Shown here: piece after piece, positions 1 through 12,546 of the stretch
How the letters are laid out: every line of letters begins with the position of its first letter
How positions within the stretch are numbered: the first letter of the stretch is position 1
NCBI RefSeq assembly: GCF_006345805.1
Contig: NC_043011.1
Location: 4,526,001-4,590,000, forward strand
Length of the DNA stretch: 64,000 bases
Source of the DNA: Octopus sinensis
Lineage: Eukaryota
Direction: 5' to 3'
Made by a program: the position numbers and the translations under genes
Notes under the pieces: model-generated
Told to the model about the DNA's origin: nothing
Seen by the model: only the letters and a program-made list of their open reading frames with translations
Database searches by the model: none

Positions 1-24
1 CTTCCCTCTTTCTTCCAATTGCAG

Positions 25-238
25 ACATGTCATTTTTGCACCCATGGAACACGATGCTTATTCAGATGCTTCTTTCCCTGGAATCAAGGAGTGTATTTGG
101 AAAATCGAAAATGAAAATGCTGACGTTTGGGAGGAGCTGAAACAACAGATCTCAGTTGCTACGTACACAATCCTGACGGCTGCTGAGTCACTTGATGAAA
201 TTGGATTAGGGTTTAACAGAGCAAACCATACCGAGTGA
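25..238 (+). CDS. FOLH1/NAALAD2-like: Terminal coding exon of a glutamate carboxypeptidase II / NAALADase (peptidase M28B, TfR-like dimerisation domain)
   Basis: Pyrimidine-rich acceptor ...ccaattgcag| at 24. The frame reads (R)HVIFAPMEHDAYSDASFPGIKECIWKIENENADVWEELKQQISVATYTILTAAESLDEIGLGFNRANHTE*. This matches the recalled GCPII C-terminus [29 protein letters not shown]...WGEVKRQI.VAAFTVQAAAETL. Upstream exons lie outside the window. Confidence 0.9.
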
Positions 239-429
239 TCTGGTGATCCGTCAAGCCTATTACATCAGTGGTCAGAATCCAGAGCTTGTTAACTGAGTGA
301 TCCATCAATCAAATATTGATGATGTGGATCACATTCCATGCATTTTTTAAGTGATCCATCAACGCTAAATCATCATGATTCATGGTCTTTACAAAATATT
401 ATTTTAGACTATTTTTTAAATCCAATCTT

Positions 430-459
430 TTATTATTATTATTATTATTATCATTATTA

Positions 460-492
<33 letters not shown>
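430..492. repeat. (TAT)n microsatellite
   Basis: Direct reading. Confidence 0.95.
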
Positions 493-493
<1 letters not shown>

Positions 494-1169
494 TTTCAAT
501 TTTTTATTATTATCTTTTCATTTTTTTCTACAAATGATCGTTTTACTGAGAGTTGAACGAGATATTTGGAAAAAGAGAAAAGAAAAATGATGAGGTGTTA
601 TTTAATCCAAAAGAAAACATCGAAACTACACTGGTATATTGGTTAGCTATATAACATATTTTCTCACAGGTTTTTAATACCCTAAGGGATCAGTTTTGAT
701 CCTACAGATCAATTTCCCCTTCAGTTTGCTACCACAACATAACAGTATAGATACCAATTTACTGTCATTAGCTTCCATTCCTTGGTGCTAATTCCTTGGC
801 ATTTCCCTACACTCCAAATTTCTACAGCTTCAGGTTTTTTTCTGTTGTTTCTGGGATATTTCTGGGATTATATTCAATGTTTTAGTAAATTATAAACTCT
901 TCTTTTGTTCTTTTTCTATATTTGTTTTTGTTTTTCTCAGGAAGGGGGAAAGAAAAAAAAACATCTCTACTTGTACTTGAGTACTTTTTTTTTTTTTAAC
1001 CTTTTCCAAGTCCAGAGGACTTTTTAACTTTTGAAACTGTCACTAAATGTAGACCAAGACATCTTAAAACAGAACTCAAATAGCTGCTCAGATATAACTA
1101 GGTTAATATGTATCATCTGAGTTTGTCTCATTAACTATGTGTTTTGTAATGGAGGATATATAAATTCAG

Positions 1170-1720
1170 TAAGTCTTGTGTGTACAAGTGACAAATATCA
1201 TCATACAACAGGACTTGCATATATAGGTAATAAGTGCAATGCAATACACCTAAAGACACCAGCACAAGTAATATCTCTACTACAGCAGACCTCACAACAC
1301 TTGTACAGGTCATATCTGCAATATCGGCCTCATCAGAGCTGTGCAAGTGTTGTTATCAAATACATCAAACTTCATCATATCTATGACATCTGTTATACAG
1401 CTGACTTTATCACATCTGTGCTTGTTATATCTGTAATGAAACAGGCCACATCACACCTGTACAGATGATATCTAATGTTGCAGGCCTTATAACACTGTAC
1501 AGGTTATATCTTTAACACAGCAGGTCCTCTCAGTCCAGTACAGATGAGAGGCCAGTGCAGATGATATCTGTAATGTTGCAGGCCTTATAAAGGTTATATC
1601 TGTATTGCAGATATACGGATAATATATGGAATATAATAGGCCTTATCATACCTGTAATAGATCAGGCCTCATCATAGCTGTACAAGGAAGAATGGCCACA
1701 GGTCCCCGCTCTGTACAGCA
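1170..1720. repeat. Degenerate ~40-bp minisatellite
   Basis: Recurring unit CAGGCC(T)TAT(C)ACA(C)CTGTACAG(G/A)T(T/G)ATATCT(G)TAAT, e.g. at about 1285, 1441, 1480, 1558 and 1579. Confidence 0.65.
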
Positions 1721-2190
1721 TCATGATTGAGTTATGGCAGGCTTATCTATTTATGAGATGATTATTAAATACTAGCTCAGCTCATTACAGGAGACTCCAG
1801 CAGCCGTGGTTTGTTAAAGAGCTGATATGTAGGGAGTTGAAAGGATTAAGTTAATTTTTATTTCAGTTAGTTATCACCTAACCAAATAATAATTTAGATA
1901 CTTTGAATGTTCACCTGTCGTAATTATCTCTTATTTACAATACACACACACACACACACACTTATATATATTCAGTACACACTACATGTTGCTATACTTC
2001 TGAAATTATTGCTAGCTCACATCATTTGACTTAAGTCATCAATATTTTAAACTGATGCAACCATGGAATATTGTTGGTGAGTCAAATATGTCCCTGATGT
2101 AAGATCTGTGTGCTGCCCTGCAACATATGATGAGCTTCCTACTACAGGGGAGTTAACTTCCCATGATTAATAGTAGTATTAATTTGTTTG

Positions 2191-2408
2191 GAAGGTGACG
2201 AGTTGACTGGGTCATTAGTAAGCTGGGCAAAATACTTAGCAGCATTTTGTCCATCTTTACATTCTGAGTTCAAATTCCGCCAAGGTCGATTTTGCCTTTC
2301 ATCCCTTCAGGGTCGATAAATGAAATACCAGTGAAACACTGGGGTTGATATAATTGACTAGTCCTCTCTCTAAAAATTTAGGTCTTGTGCCTATAGTAGA
2401 AAGGATTA
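2191..2408 (+). mobile_element. SINE family A, tail type A2 (tRNA-like head; conserved core GTCGACTTTGCCTTTCATCCTTTCGGGGTCGATAAA..AAGTACC)
   Basis: Homologous to more than 25 other copies in the window. The head has a B-box-like GAGTTCAAATTCC and the element ends ...CTTGTGCCTATAGTAGAAAGGATTA. The core resembles the metazoan Meta-type SINE domain (recalled, not searched). Confidence 0.85.
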
Positions 2409-3308
2409 ATTTATTTAGTGTAAACATAATTTATATCAAGATAAAATACCTTTTAGTTGTTTTTTGTTAGTTTTTACCTGCTTTTTAAAATTCATACAGA
2501 CTAGAATTTTTTAAAACTAGTCCAACTTTTACTTCTTTGTTAATTCAAGTACACAAAACAGTTTAGCTAGAATTTAAATCTGTGATTGATTGAATGACTG
2601 AAGAAATGACTATGAGGTTAAAGAAGTGCTAGAGTGACTTAGAATATGGAGACATGGCTAAACAACTGAATACAAAGTAATAAATAACCAAATGTGATGC
2701 CAATGACAATAGCATCGTGTAACTCATTCATACAATTGAAATGTTTGACTGTTATTGAAAGAAGGAAGAGAGGCTACATTAACGATCACATATCCAGGAA
2801 ACTACAGTTATTATGTTCAAAGTTTTGGTTAGTTCCACATGAGAAATACTGAATCATAAAATAGTCTGGGAAATCTTTACCATCAAAATGCTTATAGCAA
2901 TAAAATGGAGGGTTGCAATGTAGAAAAAAAATAACCATGATTTTAGAACAACCTTAGAAATATATGAAAGTTATTTGTGAGGTTTTTCATTGCCAATTGC
3001 TTAAGCTGGTTTCAAATGCTACAATTTTTTTTTTAATCTCACAACTGGTCTGAGAAAATTTTACAAACACACTGCTAGCAGTCATTAAAACAGAAAGATT
3101 TTCTATGACAATAGACAACTCAACTTCTGAAAAGCATTAAAAATGTGTGATGGTTGCCATAGAAACATTTGCTACTATCACTCATTTAAGACCCCAGAGC
3201 TGTTTAATGTAACTAAAAACAAAGAGAAATTTCCCAAAAAATATATCAAGAATAATATGTCTGTGGAGCAGAAGATTTGGTTGGCTTATTTTATATATAT
3301 ATATAAGT

Positions 3309-4138
3309 TCAGGGAGCTCCTACCTCTGCTGGCAACTAAGGGCCTCTCACCCAGGGTGAAAGGTAGACTATGATGCATGTATGCAAACTGCCATGCTACA
3401 TGGTAGTGAAACATGGGCCATGAATGCTGAGGACATGCGTAAGCTTGAAACAAATGAAGCTAGTATGATCCACTGGATGTGTAATGTCAGTGTGCCCTGA
3501 GAGAAAAATGGACATAAGAAGAATCAAATGTGGTGTGCAAGAGAGGTATAGTCATGTGTTACGTATGAATGTAGACAGCTGTGTGAGGAAGTGCCATTCC
3601 TTAACTGTGGAAGGAACCTGTGGAAGAGGTAGACCCTGGAAGACAGGGGATGAGATGGTGAATCATGACCTTCGAATATTGGACCTCACTGAGGCAATGA
3701 TGGAAGACCGGGACCTTTGGAGATATGCTGTGATTGAGAAGACTCAGCAACTAAAGTGAGATCACAGCCACACATGTCCAGCCCTGTTATGAATACCCCT
3801 GATGCATGATATGATATGTTTGGGTAGACCTCTGCAGTCAAGTAAAACCAATATCATAGCTGTGGCCAGTGCCCCCTGACTGGCTCCCACGCTGGTAGCA
3901 CGTAAAAAGCACCATCCAAACATGGTTGATGCCAGTTCCATCTGACTGGCCCCTGTGCCGGTGGCACGTAAAAAGCACCCACTACACTCTCAGAGTGGTT
4001 GGCATTAGGAAGGGCATCCAGCTGTAGAAACATTGCCAGATCAGATAGGAGCCTGGTGCAGCTGCTGGTTCTCCAGACCTCAGTCAAACCGTTCAACCCA
4101 TGCCAACATGGAAAACAGACGTTAAACAATGATGATGA
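3309..4138 (+). mobile_element. 5'-truncated RTE-clade LINE (end of RT ORF, 3' UTR, (GAT)n tail)
   Basis: FRELLPLL..KGLS.RVKGRLY.AC...AMLHGSETWAM and GRGRPWKT..EMV..DLR.L.LTEAM.EDRDLWR motifs. The tail reads GGCATCCAGCTGTAGAAAC...GACGTTAAACAATGATGATGAT. Confidence 0.85.
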
Positions 4139-4194
4139 TATACATACATATATAGATATATACATATTTACTAATATGTACATACATCTGAGTG

Positions 4195-4232
<38 letters not shown>

Positions 4233-4276
4233 CACACATACACATGCATACTCATATATACATGCTGTATGTTATG

Positions 4277-4612
4277 AAGTTTGCTTCCCAATCACATGGT
4301 TCTGGGTTCAGTCCCACTGTGTGGCACCTTAAGTAAGTGTTTTCCTGGGGTCAACCAAAGCCTTGGTAGTGGTTTTGGTATACGGAAACTGAAAGAAGCC
4401 TGTTATGTGTATGTATATGTTTGTCAGTGTGCTTGTCTTTCACCGCCATTAGACAATCAGTGTTGATGTGTTTATGTCCCTGTAACATCAGAGGTTCGAC
4501 AAACAAGACCGATAGAGTAAATACCAGGCTTAAAAAAACAGTATTGGGATGACTAAAATTGTTGAAGGTGGTGCCCCAGCATGGCTGCAGTCTAATGATT
4601 AAAGCAAGTAAA
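4277..4612 (+). mobile_element. SINE family B (CORE-like), decayed copy
   Basis: CCCACTGTGTGGCACCTTAAGTAAGTG... and 3' GGTGGTGCCCCAGCATGGCTGCAGTC. Confidence 0.8.
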
Positions 4613-4664
4613 AGATAAAATAAATAAATATGTATGTATGTATATATATATATATATATATATA

Positions 4665-5043
4665 GGCACAGGAGTGGCTGTGTGGTAAGTAGCTTGCTTA
4701 CGAACCACATGGTTCCAGATTCAGTCCCACTGCATGGCACCTTGGGCAAGTGTCTTCTACTATAGCCTCGGGCTGACCAAAGCCTTGTGAGTGGATTTGG
4801 TAGACGAAAACTGAAAGAAGCCCATTGTATATATATGTATGTGTGTATGTTTGTGTTTGTCCCCCTAACATCGCTTGACAACTGGTGCTGGTGTGTTTAT
4901 GTCCATGTAACTTAACGGTTCAGCAAAAGAAACTGATAGAATAAGTACTAGGCTTCCAAAGAATAAGTCCTGGGGTCGATTTGCTCGACTAAAGGCGGTG
5001 CTCCAGCATGGCTGCAGTAAAATGACTGAAACAAGTAAAAGAG
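4665..5043 (+). mobile_element. SINE family B (tRNA head, CORE-like domain, internal TA/TG microsatellite, CR1-type tail)
   Basis: Full copy from GGCACAGGAGTGGCTGTGTGGTAAG through GTGGCACCTTGGGCAAGTGTCTTC to GGCGGTGCTCCAGCATGG...GAAACAAGTAAAAGAG. Confidence 0.9.
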
Positions 5044-6483
5044 TATATATATATATATAACTTCTGTTATATTCATGCACATTCCAGTTTTCACCTTTTA
5101 CCAAACATTGTATTATTTATATTTCCAGGTGGTATGTGAGAGTTACAAACTTTTTCTCACCTTTTCCTAATTAGTTACTCTTTTAGACATTGAAAAACAT
5201 TTTCACTGATGGATGGACAATAGGTAAAGGCAGATACAAAGCATGTGGCCACTGTTCCATGAAACTTGAATGGGAATGACTGAGTATTTGCAGCCAGGGA
5301 CAACACTTAAGAGAAAAAGAATTTGATGAAACAGAAAAAAAAGTAGATAAAATCGATAAAAGTATCCGACTTTTAAGCCTGGATATCAGATTAGTGGAAC
5401 TTCAGTGTCATTTGTACATCTAAATGTGCAAACACATTCTTACATCTTTTACTCTTTAACAGGCTCCAGATATATTGGTTCACTAATATTATTTAAAATG
5501 TGCATGTGTACAGTTATGCCTTGGTTAGTGTAGTAGATGTGCTACAAATGCTACATGGCATCGTTTTAACATAGCATGAGATGCAAATTATTATTAAGTG
5601 ATATGGACTAATATGAAAGAGATATACATTGTCAAAAGAAGGAAAGATTCAAACTCACTATCACATCTTTTAAGCATCTTTTAAGTTTTTAGATGTCTCT
5701 CACAATGTAATGTTATGTACTGTGATCTAAAGTTAAGCTCAAATTAAAAATAAAACAGTTTAATTAATTAAGATCAAATGATGCTAAAATAATGAAGCCG
5801 TTTAAATCTACCAAGTTCAGTAGTACATCCACAAACCTACTCAGTTGGTAAAAAGTTTTGAGAAATAGGATAGAAATGGTTATACCAGGGTTGAGTGTCT
5901 CATTGTGACAGCTCCTCACACAATGATTGCTTTTTTTCTTTTCAAGAATACATCTAATTCCATCTCTGTATTCTTGTGCCTTTTTTGTTTCACAGAGCAA
6001 TTCACCATTGCGTAACATCATGTCCAGAACACTTTGCTTTGCGACTGGGTCCCTGAACAGAATCCCTCACACTAAGTAGGTCCATGATTCCCATATTGTT
6101 GAAGATCTCTTGCTAAGGAATTCAGTTTTAAAAATACTTTGCCATTATTGTAGTTTGGATCATCTGAGGTTGCTCTGTTTAATCTACAGATTTCACAACA
6201 TAATTGTCTCGGATTATCTTGGTTTGGTTTTCTGTTTCTTCAACAAGTTGTCTGAAATTTCATTGTAATCCATGGGTTGGACCAGATATTTAGTGTTTGG
6301 TTGTGACTGCTTCAACAAGACTACAGGCTTGAAGGGTGTCTAGATTCTGGGAGTGATCTGGAACATTTTTGATCACCAACAATTCCAGAATTTCAAGATT
6401 TTGTTGTTTCTTTTTTGCAATATCTTTTTACTGGAGACAAAATTATGAAACAAACAAATGCGTTTTTGATATTGCCCTCCCTC

Positions 6484-6541
<58 letters not shown>

Positions 6542-6589
6542 CTTAGTCAAAGGGGTACTTCAGTCTTGCAGGTTTCAAGGTCATCTTAT

Positions 6590-6980
6590 TAGTACTTGTG
6601 CCACAAAAAGCACCTAATACACTCCATAAAGAGGTTGGCAGAATCGTTAGCACACCGGGCAAAATACGTAGCCGTATTTCGTCTGCCATTATGTTCTGAG
6701 TTCAAATTCCGCCGAGGTCGACTTTGCCTTTCATCCTTTTGGGGTCGATAAATTAAGTACCACTTACAGACTGGAGTCAATGTAATCGACTTAATCCGTT
6801 TGTCCCCTCTGTGTGTAGCCCCTTGTGGGTAGTAAAGAAATAGGTATTAGCAAGGTCATCCAGCTGTAGAAATTTTATTGAAACTGTAACAGTGGTGCAA
6901 GACATGATCCACTGACCTGTTGGACCCTGTCAAATCATCCAACCCATACAAGCATGGCAACTGGACATAAAATGTAAATG
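6590..6980 (+). mobile_element. RTE 3'-tail fragment interrupted by a SINE-A1 (6630-6842)
   Basis: AAAAAGCACC...CATCCAGCTGTAGAAA...AACCCATACAAGCATGG matches the tail at 3960-4135. The inserted SINE ends GTAGTAAAGAAATA. Confidence 0.75.
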
Positions 6981-7699
6981 AAAGATAAACCAGCACTGGT
7001 TCCAGGCATCCTGGTGCATTACTGTCAAGAAAATAATTTTAATTGGTGTTTTCTGGTCTTGAACCTAGAAGTATTTTCTTTTTTCTAAGGAACTGAAACT
7101 GCAAGAAGACATAATTGTTAAGGAAAGACTTGTTTCATCTTCATTGAATACAAGCCAAAGAGTATGATTTCCATTATTGATAATACTCTTAGGAATCTCA
7201 GTAAATTCCTTGGCTGCTTGTCTGCATGAGCATGAATCCTTGTTTCTTACATTTTAGCTTACAATTATAATAAGGTAGTGCTGTCCCACTGAAAATATTT
7301 TCTCCGGGAAAAAAGAGAACTATAGCAAATTAGCACTAAATGGGTTGCCACTCAGAAAGTTTTACACTGTGTGTGTGTGTGTGTGTGCATATCCTCACCA
7401 ACTCTTTATGAAATAAGAGAAAGCCATATAGCTCCTCTGTAACAAGACATTATGCACTTGTCCCTCTAGTATACTTTAGCCTCTCAACCCTTGGCATAAA
7501 CATACCTTTCCCTCTCAAATACTCTCCACCCATTTAATCAAAGGGGATTTCTCCTTTTTCTGCTCTTTTCCTGTCTTGTAAGTTACTTGGTGACCTCACT
7601 AGTGCCAGTAATAGGAGAAACGGTAAGGTGGTTGGCAATAGAAAAGGCATCCAGCCATAGAAAATTCAAACTGACATTAAAGCTTAACAAAACCCTATG

Positions 7700-8165
7700 G
7701 CTCACTGAATTGTATCAAACCATCGAACTCCTGCCATTTGGGCATTGTATTAATGAATTGAGAAACTGTCTCCAGTGGAATTTCTGCCAGTTGCATAAAA
7801 CATGCTTTGATGTTGGTTTTCATGGCTTTTTAACACTTATTCTGTCCAGTAGGTCCCAAAGGTGTTCAACGGGGTTCATATCAGGAGATTGGTTTGACCA
7901 AGAAACTCTTCAGGTTCTGTCTTTCTTCTGCCAGTCAATTTGGTCTTTTTTGCTGTGTAGCATGGAGCATCATCTTCTATAAATGAGGTGTCATTTTTTT
8001 ACCATCCAACCATTGGAGGAAATTTGGAAAAGCCCTTTCTGAAAGATGGAGACGTATTATTCTGAGATTATGTTGCCGACATACCCCACCAGTTCTGGAC
8101 AACCAGTGCTCCAGATTGCACCCCACACCATCATTGTAAAACTGTCTTGTTTCACAGTTGGTTGC
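7700..8165 (-). mobile_element. Decayed Tc1-family transposase fragment (catalytic region)
   Basis: Minus-strand translation gives [29 protein letters not shown] and SNQSPDMNPVEHLWD, with stops and frameshifts. Confidence 0.85.
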
Positions 8166-8215
8166 AGCCGATTTAAATCAAATTCTTGATTCAGCAGTTT
8201 CCAGAATCACACACA

Positions 8216-8627
8216 GGCGCAGGAGTGGCTGTGTGGTAAGTAGCTTGCTTACCAACCACGTGGTTCCAGGTTCAGTCTCACTGCGTGGCACCTTAGGCAA
8301 GTGTCTTCTACTATGGCCTCGGGCCGACCAAAGCCTTATGAGTGGATTTGGTAGACGGAAACTGAAAGAAACCTGTCGTATATATGTATATATATATATA
8401 TATACATGTGTGCGTGTATGTTTGTGTGTCTGTGTTTGTCCCCCTAGCATTGCTTGACAACCGATGCTGGTGTGTTTATGTCCCCGTCACTTAGCGGTTC
8501 GGCAAAAGAGACTGATAGAATAAGTACTGGGCTTACAAAGAATAAGTCCCGGGGTCGATTTGCTCGACTAAAGGCGGTGCTCCAGCATGGCCACAGTCAA
8601 CTGACTGAAACAAGTAAAAAGAGTAAA
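8216..8627 (+). mobile_element. SINE family B, full copy
   Basis: Near-identical to 4665-5043 and 55531-55948. Confidence 0.92.
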
Positions 8628-10902
8628 AAAAAAAGAAAAAAAAAAGTCCTCTGTCAGAAAATAGTACAAATCTTGATATGACCAAGACTATGACAGTTTA
8701 TCCAGGACCTATAGACCTCTCATTTACCCACTCCTTTCGATGGTCAAAGAAAAGGTTTTATTTCTAGCCGCTCTGCTATACGGCAGCCAGGTTGAGAGAG
8801 ACACCTATCAGACATACTCTAACTCATTTGGAGTTTGCAGTTACCTTACAACAGGAGTTATTTTCAACACCACATACCCAGGTCAACCTGAGTGGATGTT
8901 GTTAATTCCTTTCCTTTGCTGGTGAATTGTGACTAAGAAGAGGAAACAAAGTTTTGTGCCACCCTCACACTGACCCACAATATGTCCTCTTTGAAATTCA
9001 GACAACTCTTTTGCTTCTGATGTTTGTGGTATGACTACTAGTTGCTATAAACAATTTATAAACTACTATCTGAAATGAAAAATAACACATTGTCAAATTT
9101 GAAACAACAGGCTGTATCTGCACAGATAAAATGATATTACGAGGGGGCGTTTATTTATTTTTCAGACATCTCTGTATATATACATACATATATAGATATG
9201 GATATACATACATGCCTCTATCTATGTATCTAACTATACACACACACATACATGTGCATGCACACACATACATACATACATACATTCTTGTACTAGTTTT
9301 GATATTGGCCATTCATCTGTGGCCATCTGAAGTACTGAGAAGTAAATGTGTGTGTGTGTGTGCGTGTGTGTGTATGTGTGTGTGTATACTATAGTATCAC
9401 AAGTTGACATAAACAAATAGAAAAAGATTTCTCATTACATAATGGTAAAGTTTACATTAATTGACTCAAGCTTTCAGACAACTTTATTGTCAGCTGAAAA
9501 TCTCTGATTTACACCAAAACAAGATTTCAGTTTTGAATAAATTGTATGTGGGAGGAAAGATAGTATTTACTCATTCCATAATGTGTTGGTACTAATATCA
9601 CATTATGGTAAGCTGCTGTTTGTGGCACCATACTCTGACAATACAGTCTCCATCAACTTCAGATTGTATGAGCTTTTATGAAATTGCTCACGATGCTAAG
9701 AATAACAGCCAAAACACTTCTCTCAAACAAGTATGCAGCTTTGAAAAAGGATTCTGTGAATAATGCAGTCCAGAAATGTATATCTGAAAAACAAGATGGG
9801 TTGGTCATTGGTAATCGGTCTCTTTGATCAAAGAACATCTTGAACTAAAAAACAAAAATTTCAGATGGTATTCAGGCAGGATGGCTGTGTTGTTACAAAG
9901 TTCACTTCACACAACTATGTGGTTCTGAGTTCAATCTCACTCCAAAACTCAATGAGCATGTATCTTCTACCACAGCATCAGGTGAATGAAATTTGACCAA
10001 CAGTAATTGTGTTTTGTCAAGCTGTGTGTGTGTGTGTGTGTGTGTGTGTTTGAATGTGCTGATAGTAATGTGTTAAGTATCATGATAGACAATATTGAAA
10101 GAACCAACGTTATCAGTTATTGATGGTAGTATATTTGTAACTGATCATAGAAAGAAATGGTCAGAGCCAAATCTATCAGCTATGTTTTGTACGAATGATA
10201 AGTATTATTGACTGATACAACACTATCACTTACTGATTAGTGAACTTCTGCACAATATCTTGAACTGCTACAAGTAACAGCCAAATCTCCCTCAAATCAC
10301 AAACTATCTTACAAAGTGGAAGGTTAGATAATTTAGTTTTAGAAATGCCATGTCTTGAAAAATAAAATGAAGCAGAAAAGACAAAATAATAATTGTTGGA
10401 AAACCTTTGATCATAGCTCTTCTGGACCAGGACTGTTCATAAATAGCAATGATTTCAGAAGGCAAGCAAAAAAAAAAAAATCATTGATATTAATCTTTCG
10501 GTACCATTTTTATATCACCATTAATATTTAAATAGAAAAACATGCATTGAGAATAAATGAGAAAAAAAATATCAATTCCTCAGTAAAGAAGAAAAAAGAA
10601 AATCACGATAATTACAATTGTTATAATTAAAACAAAAGAAAGAAAAGAAAAAAATATTGAGATAGGTAAATACAGGTAGAAAGGTTAAAAATGCAAGTTA
10701 TTTTTTAGTTATTGTATCTTCTATTGATGCATCACCTCTTACTAAATCACCAACTGAGAATATTTTTTCATAAAATACAAAAATTAACAAAAAAAAAGAG
10801 AATAAATGTTTCCACCCTTTCTCTCACACATTTTCTTAAACAATGATGATGATGATTAAAATAAGGAAGAGTATTAACCAGAATTTTTAACATGTTCTAA
10901 TG

Positions 10903-11512
10903 GTGGTGGCCTGGAAGGATCAGTAGTGCCGTAGACAAAATGCCTTGCAGAATTTGGTTTTGTCCCTTTCTGTTGTTAGTTCAAATACTGCCAGGAGTTG
11001 ACCTTGCCCCACATCGTCCTTAGGTCGGTTGATAAAACACAATAGCAGTCAGTTAAGTACTGGAGGTGTCAATACTTCCCTCTCCCTAACACTTTCTGGC
11101 CTTGTGCCAATGTTATAAATAATAATAATGATAATAATAATAATAATAATAGCTATTATTATTATTATTATTATTGAGTGAGAGAGCAGTGCATGCCATC
11201 AAAGTGACACTGGGGTAAAATATACGAAACCCAGTATACCCATCATGACTACCCGTCTGATAAGGGTACACCAGGCACATGCATCACAACCATATGTGCG
11301 CGACATGGTGATCTCATATCAAGATAAACAGCACATGATCTTGCAGGTGGGGCCCAGTTAGAATTTTCTTCTGGTCGAGTAACCCATCCCGCTCAAAAGG
11401 TCCCTGAGTAAGGGTTGTTTAAGGATGTTGAACGGAACACCCATGTTTCCAGAGGTGAATTATTCAAACCCCAAAGAATCCCTCTCAACACATGGCTATG
11501 ATGCTCCCCCAC

Positions 11513-11552
<40 letters not shown>

Positions 11553-12507
11553 GGCAGCAAGCTAGCAGAATTGTTAGCATGCCAGACAAAATGCTTATGC
11601 TTTAGCAGCATTTTGTCCATCTTTACATGTTGAGTTCAAATGCCGCCAAGATCAACTAAGTCGTTCATCCTTTTGGGATTGGTAAAATAAGTATGAGTTG
11701 AGCACTGGGGTTGATGTAATTGATAGTCACCCCTCCCCTACAATTTCAGGCCTTGTACCAATATTAGAAAAGATTATTATTATTATTATTATTGATACTA
11801 ATATCATTTTTAGGGTGAAGTTGGCAGAATCATTAGAGCAAAGTAGTGGTTTTTCCCGCTCAATACATTTTCAGTTTAACTTCTGCCGAGGTCAACTTTG
11901 CCATTCATCCTTTTGGAATTGATAAAATAAAGTACCCGTCAAATACTGGTGTCAATGTAAGCAACTGGTCTCTTCCACCAAAATTTAGTGTATTATATGT
12001 ATGTAAAATGTTATTGTTGTTATTGTTATTAAGGTGGCAAGTTGGCCGATTTGTTAGTATGCTGGACAAAATGCTAAGCAGCATTTCGTCTGTCCTTATG
12101 TTCAGAGTTCAAATTCCACCGAGGTCAAATTTGCCTTTCATCCTTTTGGGGTTGATAAATTAGGTAACAGTCAAGTACTATGGTCGATGCATTTGACTAT
12201 CTCCCTCCCCACAAATTCCTGGCCTTGTGCCTATAGTAGAAAGGATTATTATTATTATTATTATCATTATTATTATTATTATTATTATTATCAAGGTGAC
12301 AAGCTGGCAGGATCATTAGTATGCTGGACAAACTGCTTAATGGCTTTTTTGTCCATCTTTACAATCCTGAGTTCAAATTCCGTCAAGGTCGACTTGCTTT
12401 TCATCCTTTTTGGGTCAATGAAATAAATATCAACCAAACACTGGAGTCGATCTAACTGACTAGACCCCCTCCTCCAAAACTTCAGGCCTTGTGCCAATAA
12501 CAGAAAA

Positions 12508-12546
<39 letters not shown>

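Noticed and set aside
5764-6370. Coding-looking minus-strand stretch (85-aa ORF and neighbours)
   Set aside because: Multiple stops in all frames and no recognisable motif; possibly an old TE or pseudogene, but unsupported
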